Positions 39,798-52,520 of a stretch of DNA of 64,000 nucleotides are shown here, in pieces. Position 1 is the first letter of the stretch; each line of letters starts with the position of its first letter. Source of the DNA: Octopus sinensis. Taxonomy: Eukaryota. A model generated the notes under the pieces. It made no database searches. It had not been told where the DNA came from and saw only the letters and a program-made list of their open reading frames with translations. The DNA lies in the NCBI RefSeq assembly GCF_006345805.1, contig NC_043011.1, positions 59,904,464-59,968,463 of the forward strand, given 5' to 3'. A program made the translations under genes and the position numbers.

Positions 39798-41096
39798 TAT
39801 TAAACCTACACCAGTAAATTGTTGTCTTTCAAACTGTTCATCTATTGTTTTATTTTAGTATTAAATCCACACCAAAACTCAGCTGGTATTTTAATTTAGC
39901 ACCGGAAAGATAACAACAAAGTTGGATTTGAACTCATAATGCAAATAACTGTAACAAGATATAGCAGATATTTTGTTTGGGGACTCTTCTGACTCTGAGT
40001 CACCAATACATCCAAACCAGACTGTTCTAACAGGATCCAATCCATTGTAAGCATTCAGAGCAGGAGCCAGTCTTAGAGATTCTGCAGAATAAATCATCAA
40101 AATCAAAAGGAATTTGTAGTTGTGATCCCCGTGCCATGTAAAAAGCACCATCTGATCATGGTCATTGCCAGCCCCCTCTGACCCCTGTGCTGGTGGCATG
40201 TAAAAAGCACCCACTACATTCATGGAGTGGTTGGCGTTAGGAAGGGCATCCAGCTGTAGAAACACTGCCAGATCAGACTGGAGCCTGGTGCAGCCTCCTG
40301 GCTTCCCAGAGCCCAGTCGAACCGTCCAACCCATGCCAGCATGGAAAATGGACGTTAAATGATGATGATGTATTGTCATTCGTTTGACTTTGTCATCAAA
40401 GCATACAAAATTCAAATTTATCCATTGCCATTTCATTTGGTCAACCTGAGGCTACAGTAAAAGACGCTTTGCCCAAGGCAAGAGAGTTCATTCATTGATT
40501 TTTTTAATGATGAATTTGATTCTTATTGGAGTCTTTGTTCCTTAAATACAAAATATCAATTTGCTTTACGTCTTAAACATAGCAAAACTAAACATTAGAA
40601 AAACATAATGAAATAGAAGACTACAAAGAAAATGGTGATGATCTGTATTGACAGAAACTATAAAGTGAAAATAATGAGTCTGGACATGTTTTTATGGTAA
40701 GGGTAGAACAGCAACCTGATGTTTTGGAACTGACAATTTGTTGTTGTCATCGTCATCCCCACACATCATCGCCATCACCATGATCACACATCACTGCTCC
40801 ATGCTGGCATGGGTTAGATGGGTTGACAGAATCTGATGGGTTAATCTTATTTCTTTATTGTCCACAAGAGGCTAAACATAGAGGGGACAAAAAAGGACAG
40901 ACAAAGGGATTAAGTTGATTACATCGACCCCAGCATGCAACTGGTACTTAATTTATCGACCCCGAAAGGATGAAAGGCAAAGTTGATCTCGGCGGAATTT
41001 CAACTCAGAATGTAACGGCAAACGAAATACCGCTAAGCATTTTGCCCAGTGTGCTAACGTTTCTGCCAGCTCACTGCCTTCTAAAAGTACAAATGT

Positions 41097-41168
41097 GTCC
41101 CTGGTGGGGAATTGAACCCTGGTCTCCTGCGTGATAGGTGGGGATAGTTACCATTATAGTACCGAGGA
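41097..41168 (-). pseudogene. tRNA-Asp(GTC)-derived pseudogene; anticodon decayed to ATC
   Basis: TCCTCGGTACTATAATGGTAACTATCCCCACCTATCACGCAGGAGACCAGGGTTCAATTCCCCACCAGGGAC aligns end-to-end (72 nt) with the eukaryotic tRNA-Asp consensus, with mostly G to A changes. Confidence 0.85.
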
Positions 41169-41524
41169 TGACACTGATGGGTTAATCTGATGGAGACTGC
41201 ATCATGATCCAGCATCTACTTTGGTATTGTTTCTATGGCTGGATGCCCTGCCTAATGCCAACCCCTTTACAGAGTGTACTGGGAGTTTCTTTTTCATGAC
41301 ACCAGCACAATTGAGGTCACCAGTCAGTTCACAAAACTATGATCCCTGATGATGGTCGGGATAACTTTATTCGACGGGAATGACAAATTAAGGTATAAGG
41401 TGGGAGGCAGAGCAAGTTTTGTAGGAGAGCTACAGGGTTGCTCAGATTTAGTGGGAGTTGTGAAGAGACAAACATTAGAGATGAAACGTCAAGGTGACCC
41501 CCAAAAGGGCTCAGGCGAGTAGAA

Positions 41525-41559
<35 letters not shown>

Positions 41560-41709
41560 TGTGTGTGTGTGTAGGTGAAAGGTTTGTGTAAAAGAGATTT
41601 TTTTCTTTGTTAGATGAATGTTCAATCATGAAATATTTCATTCTGCTCAAGGTGTATGAAGTTATTCCCATTCAAATAGATACAAGTTGTTTGCAAAGGA
41701 TGACCCTAC

Positions 41710-41789
41710 CATGTATAACTGATTGATGTGCTCTCGTACTTGCTCCAAGTCAGCATTATTGTCCACCACTATATTACCACATTTTGTAG
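41710..41789 (-). CDS. DGKZ: DGK exon: (S)TKCGNIVVDNNADLEQVREHINQLYM
   Basis: Acceptor cctttacaacAG, donor GTaggg; 80 nt, phase 1 to 0; resembles DGKZ [22 protein letters not shown]. Confidence 0.9.
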
Positions 41790-42036
41790 CTGTTGTAAAG
41801 GAAAGAAAAAAAAAAGAGAAAATAATAATAATAATAATAATGATAATTATAATGATAATAATGATAATAATGAAAAAATGAATGAATTGGTTACTAAGAC
41901 TTTCACTGTAAAATGATATTAGATATTTTAAGCAGCAAATAAGGAAAGACAAACAGGTCAATTTATAGGAGTTAAATCACAAATTCGTCATTTGCTGGAA
42001 ATTAGTGATAAAAAAAAAGAAACAATGCTTCATGAG

Positions 42037-42085
<49 letters not shown>

Positions 42086-42892
42086 TATAAGCAAACACAT
42101 GCACAGTTGAATTACATCCTTTTATTCAAATTTATGAAAAAACATGATTGGATTTAATTTGTCAAGATGCCATTGGTGAGGGCGCGGAGTGGCTGCAGTG
42201 GTAGTGGCATCATAATCACCATATTCATCACTGCCACCACCACCACCACCACCACCACCATCAAAATCATCATCACCAAGCATTCACCTCTTTATAAACA
42301 AGTTAATGTTTCCTTTATTCTTTCAAATAGCAAACAGCTTGATGGCCAAACATGTTTTTATGGAAAATTGCAAACAAATGGCACCAATTATATGAATGGT
42401 AACTCTGTCCTCATTTAGCATGCACAAATCAAAAACAGCAACACACACACATATATATCCATATATACACATGTATGTTTACAATGGGCTTTTTATAGTT
42501 TCAGTCTAATAGTTTCTCTCATAAAACATTGTCAGTCATGGCTGTATTAGAAGGTACCCCAGTGTAGAATTTATTGATCCCAGGAAGGTGGAGAGCAATG
42601 CCCACACAGTGGGACTGAATCCAAAATCATGATTAGGAGGTGAACTTCTTAACTACAAAGTCATGTCTGCACCTGCTCTATCTGTACATGTGTTTTGTGT
42701 GTGCATGTGTGTGTAGCGTTTTTCTATTGGAACTGAAAAAGACTTTGTTTTGCAACCCAAGTTTCATGCCACTGGTGTTAGGAAGGGCATCCAGCCATAG
42801 AGGCCATGTCAAAGCAGGCACTCAACTTCGGTAGGATCCGCTGGTTTGCCAGCTCCTGTCAAACCATCCACCCTAAACCAGTATGAAAAATG

Positions 42893-43236
42893 GACTCCCT
42901 TGGGTAAAAGACTCCCTTCAGTCATGAATGACCATGGGATTGGACTGAGAAAATTACCCTCCAAAGCGCAAGTCCAGGCAAGGTTGTTTATGGAAGACCA
43001 GCAGTCACCCGAGCATACCAGCCTCCCTTCTCCATGCCACTGATGTTATCCAAGGGAAAGGCAAAGGGGCTGATACAGTGTGAAACCTCTGATGTCATAA
43101 CTCATTTCTACAGCTGAGTGAACTGGAGCAACGTGAAATACGGTATCTTACTCAGGAACATAACCCACAGCCTAGTTCGGGAATCAAACTCACTACCTCA
43201 TAATTGTGAGCTTAAAGCTCTAACCACTGAGCCATT
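42893..43236 (-). mobile_element. tRNA-derived SINE family D
   Basis: Minus strand tggctcagtggttagagc (A-box), gtttgattccc (B-box), cagttcactcagctgtagaaatgagt central block. Confidence 0.65.
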
Positions 43237-43299
43237 GTATTTGTACATATTATGGTGAGTTGGAAGAACCAGAGGAGTCAGATCAGGTCAGGGATCATT

Positions 43300-43795
43300 C
43301 AGTTTTTCAGACTGTCACTGCATTCACCATTTGTCAGTATCTGCTGGAGTTGTCCCTGACTAATCTCCAAACGGTGTCTCAGTCGGTCTCCATCTTAGTG
43401 AGATATTTCCTAATACATGGAGACCATGTGATAAGTGGTCGACCAACACAATCCATCATCCAGCTGGATCTTCAGAGAAAAGAATGTGATACGCAAGATC
43501 CAACTTGGAAAATTGAGCAATAAGACCAAAACACATCAAAGCTGATGTTCCAGAATCATATAACTAACAGGATGCATTCCAGTTTCTGAGCAGAGTCATT
43601 GGATGGATACAAAATCAATCCAATGGAAACCCACCATAATCTTGTGAAGTGTCTTGGTACCAAAGGAGTTCAGGTTGCCCCTAAGGGTCTTAGCTACTGT
43701 CCAAGTGTTGCATCTATAGACCAAGACAAGAAGGACCAGAGACCTGAAATCTGAGTATACTTTGAGATGGATCTCTTTGCACTGTGTGTTCAAAT
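43300..43795 (-). mobile_element. RTE-clade LINE 3' remnant
   Basis: KVYSDFRSLVLLVLVYRCNTWTVAKTLRGNLNSFGTKTLHKIM resembles the RTE post-RT motif FRxLVLPVLLYGCETWT. Confidence 0.7.
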
Positions 43796-46523
43796 CCAGC
43801 ACCAGTCAATTTTAATTTTTCAGCTTCCCAGGTCTACAGAAGTACCAGGAAAAAATACTCTGGTTGAGATAATCAAGTAAACCTTTCAAGCCATTGCTCC
43901 AGCATGGCCACAGTTCAATGACGGAAACCAGCAAAAAGACAAACAGAAGACAATAGAAGCTTAATTCCATTGGTCTCCTCTGTGTTCTAGTATTTCACAT
44001 TTGTATATCTCCTCTCAGTTCTTAATCTATTTTACTGGGATCCATCGTGTAACTGTAGTGTTGGAAAAGTCAAGATATGACGTTCAGCAGATGTTAAAAT
44101 ACTGGAGAGATATACATCATCTTAGCTTCTGTGGAGAAGCAAGATGATGTATACTTCATTTTCATTAATATTTAAGCATCTTTAAGCTGCTAACACCATA
44201 TGTTCCCTCAAACTTGTACACTAGTACCACTATAACCAAAACTATTATCACGTTACTATTAAACAACAACAGCCACCACTGCCACCGCATGCAACTACTA
44301 ACAACAACAACAATCATCATCATTTATTCACCACTTTTCCACGCTTGGATGGGTGAGACACAATTTGTTGAGGCGGACTTTTTATGGCTGGATGCTCTAC
44401 CTCTTCCCAACCCTTACCTGTTTCCAGGCACGCTTTCACAGGAGTTTGAAAATGAAGGACACTGTTTGTTTGATAGTAACAACCATCATGCAAATGTCGA
44501 GGCAAAAAGACTAACATGGGGTGCTGTGCAAGGGTCTGGCAAAAGACAGTTGAGTGTGCACACACAATGATAGGAGAACCAGACCCTCAAAAACGGCCTT
44601 AGGATTATTAACTGGATTAGTAACACCCAGACTCTTAACTCTTTTTTATGACTTTGTCTTATAATCTGTAAGTCGACTGGATTATGTCTATGTATTTTCA
44701 CTATATTTTTAATGTATATATATCTACATTTTTATATATCTTTATATGTATATTTTTATGTATTGATTACTCTATATATTTCTTTATATATTTTTGATAT
44801 GTTTGATGTATTGAATAAACTTGCGGAGAAATTCATACATGCTGGGTCCAGGGCTGAATAAATATAAGTGTATATGTGGAATTGATATGGCTAAATTTGA
44901 TTCTTACTTCTACACACATACACACACACGTTTCAGTAGCTGTTTATCAAATCTGCTTACAAGGCTTTGATTGGCCTGGGGTTATAGTAGAAGATGATTA
45001 AAGTGAGACACAGTGGGATTGAACCCAGATCCATGTGGTTGGCAAGCAAACTTAATATCACGTCTGTGTCTAATAATAGCAATAATTATTTCTGGCATAG
45101 ATACAATGTCAGAAATTTGAAGGAGAAGGATACAGATGATTACAGAGACCCTAATAATCGATTGGTACCTTATCAACTGACAGGGTGAAAGGTGCTTATG
45201 CACTAAGTGTAAGGACCCAAACCAAATACTGCAAGGCATTTTCTCCAGCACCCTAACAATCCAACAAATCACCTGCCATGATGATGATGATGATGATGAC
45301 GATGATATAGGCACAAGGCCTGAAGTATGTTAAGAGGGAGCTAGTTAATTACATTGACCCCAGTGTTCAACTGGTACTTATTTTATTGACCCTGAAAGGA
45401 CGAAAGGCAAAGTCGACCTCAGTGGTATTTGAACTCAGAACGTAAGGACAGATGAAATGCTGCTAAGCATTTTGCCTGGTGTGCTAACGATTCTGCCAGC
45501 TCACCACCTTCTTAATAAAAATAATAATAATCTATGTTATTAGTTCTTCTACCATAATTACAATCACTATTGCTGCTGCTGATACTAGCACCACTACTGC
45601 TACCACTACCACCACTACCACCACCACTACTGTTCTCATCTCTAATGTTTGGAACGATGATGTAAAACATGAGAATATTATCACTTATATTAAAAACAAA
45701 AAAAAAAGCAAATCTCAATAAAACTGAAAAAAACCTCTCGTTAGATTACTAAAACCCAATCGTTAATAGGTTTAATGAAGTATGCTGCAATAAAGTGCTA
45801 GATTCTAATAAGATTATTATATTTTGGTCTATTAATCTCATCTTAAATGGAAATATTTTTGACATTCCCATTTACACTCATAATTTGCTGGCTTTTGGTC
45901 CCAACTGATAGCTTTTTTTTTTTTGTTACTGCTTGATGGGCGTGGGTGTGTAGCACCCAAGATTCATTTCCTTTTTTTAGTGGGGTCTATGAAACTGGTC
46001 AGTGGAAGTGAGGAAGCCATCCTCAAATTGATGATTGTAACCTGACCTGAATGCTTGCAACAGAGTGAAGTCCACTAAAAATGTCCACAGACCAGTTGGA
46101 GTAGATTAAGATTACCAACTGAGTGGAGAAGTTTGCTTCTCAGCCATGTGGCTTTGGACTCAGTGGAACCATGCAACACCTTGGGTAAATGTCTTCAACT
46201 ATAGACCCAGACTGGCCAAAACCTTGTGAGTAGTATTGGTGATCACTAAGGAAAAATAACAGCATCATGTATGTATATCACTGTTCAGTTTTATTTCAAG
46301 ATTTCTTGCCAATAGAGAAAGAGCCAGTTTCTAACCTAGATTCAAGGCTCCTTCATTGGAATTTCAACATCAACAACAGGGTATTTTTATATGTATGTAT
46401 GTATGTACACACACACACACACATACATAGGGTAGTGATAAATTGTCTTCACAACTGTCATGATTTATTGCATCAAAGTGTAAAGCTACTTTATCGATAC
46501 CCTGTATACAACCTGTATGTATG

Positions 46524-46582
<59 letters not shown>

Positions 46583-48175
46583 TTGTATGAACAGGTGTAT
46601 ATTGATTCCTGGGCTGGGTGGTGCATTGTTCTTGATCAAAACCATTTCACATTGGCTTACGACCACTTTGAAACCTGACATGTGGCACACAGTGTACCTG
46701 TACAGGTAATAATATTTTGATGGAGGGATTGAGCTGATGTACAAAACATACATTTGATCGCACCGTAAACAAATCATTTGATCAGGTCTTTCATCAAGGA
46801 ACTGCTGAACCATTTTTCTTGGCTCAAGAGACTACCAAGAAGATGTGTGTGTGTGTGTGTGTGTGTGTGTTTACTTACACATGCCATTTACACAAGTTCT
46901 GACAGTCTTTTAATGTCCTTGTTGATTCATCTCCTATCAATGAATTTCTAATTTTCTTCATGCAGAACAGACTATGACGTCCCTTACTTAGAAAACCAGT
47001 AAGGGTTAGAACAAGGAGGAGCACTTAATGGCAAAACAAACACTTCAAATACATATTCAACTAACTCCTGCTAACATGGAAAAACAGATGTAAAAATGAA
47101 TGAACAAACCCAGAAGGCAAATAAAACTAGATTATACACCACAAGGTATCCATTCCTCACTAATGCAAAAACAGTTCTGCTCATCATTCATCACTCTAGA
47201 CTGATACTTTATTTTATTGATCCCCACCCCAGGAGGATAAAAGCAGAGTTAATCTCTGTGGAATTAGAACTCAGAGTACATAGAACTGGAATAAACACCA
47301 AAAAATATTTTGTTCATTGCTCTAATGGTTCAGCCAAGTTGTTGCCTAAAACTATAAATATCTAAATGTCAAAAAAAGCTGTTATTTAGAAACAAAAAAA
47401 AATTGTTGTTTTGGTACCAACCAGTCTGAGACTGACCCTAATTCTATGATTCAAATTCCATCTTTTAAAGTGGTCTAATTAAAACCTTCAATTAAAATTC
47501 CTTATTAATTTATATTCCAAACACTAGTTAAATAATGATAGAGATATGCAAATAAATTCTTCATTATTTTCAAAATTAATTACAACAAAGATAGTACATA
47601 GCAAAAGAAGTATGGTAAAAGATGGGTTGAGAATCTGAAAAATTAAAACCAGATTATTTGAGAGATTTAGACAGGCTAGATTCACCCTCATCAATCAGTG
47701 TACGAACAGATTTAACTGAAATTATGCTGACAAGGTAGTAGTTGAGAAAAAACTATCACCAAACTTCTACATTGGTTAATTAACAATCAGAGGAGCTGAA
47801 ATACTTTTAGAAGAAAAAAAACATTTATGATTCAGATTTAATTTGTTATCTGCTAGACTAGTTTAATATCATCTGAATTTTGGTTTCCATTTAAAGAAAC
47901 CACTCAGATGCTAGGATTTGAACCATCGTCTGACACCAAGATGAGGATAACTCAGTACTTAGTTCCCTCCTTTTTACTGTAGTGATTGAGAAGTTATAGT
48001 ATTTATCTGCTCACCCCTGAAACAAATGGTCATAAATACTGTATTTCTACTTTGAAGTCATAAAGAGAAAATAAAGACAATTTTAAAAAAAAAATGTTGC
48101 TGCAAAAGAATGGAAAACCTATGAAAACCCTTGAAATGCAAGTTGGTCAATGGACGAAAGGAGAGCAATACTTAC

Positions 48176-48273
48176 ATGCACTTTGCAATTTATCTTTATC
48201 ATAATGTAATGCTTCATAATCTGACATACAGATTCGACTGACCTGTATACCTAGCCTCTTTGCTGGAGGTGGA
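48176..48273 (-). CDS. DGKZ: DGK exon: PPPAKRLGIQVSRICMSDYEALHYDKDKLQSA
   Basis: Acceptor ttctttaacAG, donor GTaagt; 98 nt, phase 2 to 1; resembles DGKZ IQVSRVSMHDYEALHYDK. Confidence 0.95.
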
Positions 48274-49284
48274 CTGTTAAAGAAAAGATAAAAGAAACAG
48301 GAGTTAACGAATGTATAATAACAAAACAATGACTCGTTCTTCATTAAAGCAAACACACATGCAAATAACAAAACAAAACAAAAACACATTCACAATGGTG
48401 TAGACATGGCTGGATAGTTAAAAAATATGCTTCCCAACTATATGGTTCCAGGTTCAGTCCTACTGCATGGTACCTTGGGCAAGTGTCTTCTACTATAGCC
48501 TCGGACCAATCAAAGCCCTGTGAGTGGATTTGGTAGATGGAAACTGAAAGAAGCCTGTCCTATATACATGTACTTGTCTCTCCCGCCACACCACTTGACA
48601 ACCGGTGATTATTTGTTTACACCTCTGTCTGTAGCTTAGTGTTTCTGCATAAGAGACCAACAGAGTAAGTACCAAGCTTTGAAAACTAAGAACTGGGAAT
48701 AATTCGCTTGACGAAAACTCTTCAAGGAATTGCTCCAGCATGGCCACAGTTGAATGACTGAAACAAGCAATAGAATGACAACCATAGCAACCACATTTCC
48801 AGCCAATTCAATCAAGGAAACATTATGTGGTTGCCCCTTAAACTGCTTGCAAAAGGAGACAAATTATCTTTCAATAAAAAAACAAAGTATACATTGTATA
48901 GTGTAGTCCTAGATACACTATACTAGGATGGATGGTCAAATCTGGAATACACATGATGATAGGGCTGTTCAGTAAGAGCTGACTTGGAGTACAACATCAT
49001 CATCTTGACCAGGACCACCACCACCTCCACTGCCGTCGTCATCAATAACAACAGTAACAATAGCAACAACAACATTTTCTTTAGTTAAGCTGAGAGATCC
49101 TCTGTGTGTGTTGCTCAACTTTCCAGAAATGGCAGTTAAATTTCCCTCTGCTAGCAGTTTGAATATGGGTGGGCATGTTGGATAATGTTTCAGATTTGCA
49201 ATAAGTGAAAGATGGGACAATTGGTCACCATGACTGGAACACCTTTCATCATGTATTTGCACAGTTACGGCTGACCAGGGCTTA

Positions 49285-49326
<42 letters not shown>

Positions 49327-50776
49327 CATCATGACCATGAACACCACCATCTTACAGTCAGTCAAACAACGATTTCTTGAAAACAAAGAGAATCTGAAAT
49401 AATCATTTTAACAGTATCAAAAATAGAATGTTATACTCAATATAAACTACTTAGGATTTGTTTAGTTAAATTAAGAGTCAGCATATTAAATGCAGAGAAT
49501 ATTAAAAAGGTAACTAGAAATTATGCAGTGATCCTCATCCCCTCAAAAACAAAGAAAAAAAAAAGCTAACCACAATATTAGTCCTTGCCTAATTATTGTC
49601 TAATTTTGCTAAATATAAGGGACAACTCTTGACATGTTTTGGTATTATTATGACCTCATCAGCAAAGCATAATTTTCACTGTATTTACAAGAGTAGTGAT
49701 GAATGAGGGGATCACTAGATAAATATACACAAATATAGATTAATAAGTGTAGAAAAATAATTTCTTATTATTTTGGATAATGAAATATCCAGAGAAACTA
49801 TCCGCAGGAAATACATTAAGGATATGGGTGTCTGTGAAGTGTTCATCCACTTGCAGAGTAATTTCATGAGCAGGCTTTTCAGTTGATTATGACAGAGGGC
49901 CTGGTCCTCATATCTGTAATAACTTCAATTTACTTCAATAAACTGATTAGAGGGTGGGGGCGAAGGGAGTTACCAGTCTTGGTTATGAGTAGAAAACAAT
50001 GCAAGTAAGAAGACATGGCTGTGTGGTTATAAAGTTTAATTCGCTATTGCATGGTCCCATTTTCTTTACTATCAAGCCTCCTGTCTTTGTTAAGCAGGCC
50101 ATTGGGTCTCTTGGTTCTAAACCTCACTTCCATATTTGGGCTATAAGAACTGTATCATTGACTTACAGAAGTTCCAATGGATAACCAATGTTGACTGAAG
50201 ATCTCTCACGTAGCCTGAAGCACAGGAAAGGGCTTATAATGTATGTGTGTGTAACTTTTATTAATGAGGCAAAAGGCGTATACAACATCATCATCATCAT
50301 CATTTAGTGTCTGTTGTCTACCTTGGCATCAGTACGACAGTTTGACCAGGGCTAGCAAGCTGGAAAGCTGCATCAGACTCCAGTCTGATTTGGCAATGTT
50401 TCTACTGCTGGATGCCCTTCCTAACACCAACCACTCTGAGAGTATAATGAGTGCTTTTATGTGCCACTGGCATGGGTGCCATTTGTGTGACACCAGTATC
50501 TGCCATGTCTGTCTCCTTATCCATGCTTCATGGATCCTATGAGAAGATGATGGGACGAAATTTCCTATAGTCAGATGCCTTTTCTGTCACCAACCCCAAC
50601 CTGTTTTGAAGTGAGCTAATAATTTTCCAGTCTGTTGCACAACAAGCAGCAGGGACATGCTTATGTGGAGAGCTCAAAACACGCAGCCTTATATGAATGA
50701 ACCTTTTGTTCACTAAAATCATGCAATATGTCGAGAAGTCTAGTTGTATTTCCATGGTGGAGTGCAAGCATGGAAT

Positions 50777-50884
50777 TACACACACACACAGACACACACA
50801 CACACACACAGACATAGACACACACACGCACACACACACAGACACACACACACTCACACACACACACAGACAGACACACAGACA

Positions 50885-50923
<39 letters not shown>

Positions 50924-50947
50924 ACACAGACACACACACACACACAC
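50777..50947. repeat. (CA)n microsatellite with GA interruptions
   Basis: Direct reading. Confidence 0.95.
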
Positions 50948-51896
50948 ATGATGGGCTTCTTTAGTTTTCATCTACCAAATCCACTCTCAAGGAGACAAAT
51001 AAAAACCAAAGTAGTTTTGAATAAAAATATGTTTGGTACTTAATCCGCCTGAATTGCTTAGATAATCTCTTGTCACAGTTGTCGTTAGAAATACAGCCGA
51101 CCATTGAGTGGCCTGTTGGAAACCTATAACCAATCGACGCTGATGTTTACAAAAACACACGACATAGAATAAAAAGAAAAAAAAATATATATATAAAAAA
51201 AATAAATATCAAACTTGATCTCATTATCTTTCCAGTCAAAATACTGACATCTAAATAACCGAACCATTGTGCTCCTATAACTCTTAATTTGGTTGCAACA
51301 AAACATTACTGGAATTTATTAGACAGAATACTCTTTACAACATCTCAATGGCAAGACAAGAAATTAAATCAATAAATATTAATTATTCATTCCGATCATC
51401 AAATGAAAAGTCATGCCTAATGTGTCGGAGTTACTTGTCACACATAACAAATAACATGAAGCACACCAGATTAATCTTTTCTTGGATTTCATCTGCATTA
51501 TAATGAGACAGTTATGTAGGTGAAAGCATACCAGCATACCTAATGATTAGAACATTAAATAGCCAAACTCTACTAACATATGTGGCAAAATAAAAACAAC
51601 GTCAGATGGGAGATTTGCAGATGTCAGAGCACCAGACAAAATGATTGCAGTACTTAGTTTTGGTTTGTATGTTATGAGTTCAAATCTAACTGAAGTCAAC
51701 TTTGATTTTGCTCTTCTAAGATTGGTTTCAAATTTTGGTATAAGGACAGGAGTTTCGAAGGAGGCTGAAAATCAATTACTTTAACCCAGAGATCAAGTGG
51801 CCCTTATTTCATCAACCCTGAAAGGATGAAAGACAAAACTGATCTCAGTAGCATTTGAGCTCAGAACTTAAAGTCAGAAAAAGGCTGCTAAGCATG

Positions 51897-52520
51897 GATC
51901 TGGGGATCGGAAAATAAGTGTAAGCCAGTGTCAACAATGGCTCCAGAAATTCTGAGCTGGAAGCTATAGCCTAGAAGATGAGCCTTGTCCTGGAAGATCT
52001 GTAGAGCTCGATTAAGACATCCGGCAAACCTTGGTGGAACAAAATCATAACTGTTGAAGAACTAGCAGAGAAGCTTGCATTTGATCATTCAACCATTCAC
52101 CGACACTTGTATACCATCGGAAAACAACCATCTTTGGTTTCAAGATGAAAGGTATTCTTCCATCAGGATAATGCTCAGCCACATACAGCGAGGATGACAT
52201 TCCAAAGGCTGGAGCAGTTTGAATGGAAAATGATGCCCCATCCACCATATTCATTGGACATTGCCCCATCTGATTATCATTTATTGCAAAGTCTTCAAAA
52301 CCATTTGGATGGAAAAATATGAATTCTGTAGACAAGGTTAGAACAATACAGAAGTCAGAGACAAGTGAATTTTGGAAGAGGGGCCTTGCAAGTCTACCAG
52401 GTAGATGGAAGAGCATTGTAGAAAATGCAGGAGAGTATATTTTAAGTTAAAAAAGAACTTTGTTTATCTTTATTTTGAAGAATAAAAGAAATATAAAATA
52501 TTTATGGAATGACTCAATTT
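51897..52520 (+). mobile_element. Internally deleted mariner transposase remnant
   Basis: SQCQQWLQKF*AGSYSLEDEPCPGRS, TVEELAEKLAFDHSTIHRHL (HTH), FFHQDNAQPHTA, HPPYSLDIAPSDYHL, LPGRWKSIVENAGEY; mariner-like 3' end near 52500-52520. Confidence 0.9.

Noticed and set aside
41097-41168. Functional tRNA-Asp(ATC) or a novel anticodon variant
   Set aside because: Multiple stem-breaking G to A changes and its position inside a TSD-flanked retrocopy indicate decay
46370-46813. 147-aa minus ORF with FLDE and NNAPP, considered as a Tc1 transposase
   Set aside because: Motifs are in the wrong order and the ORF runs through a (TA)n tract
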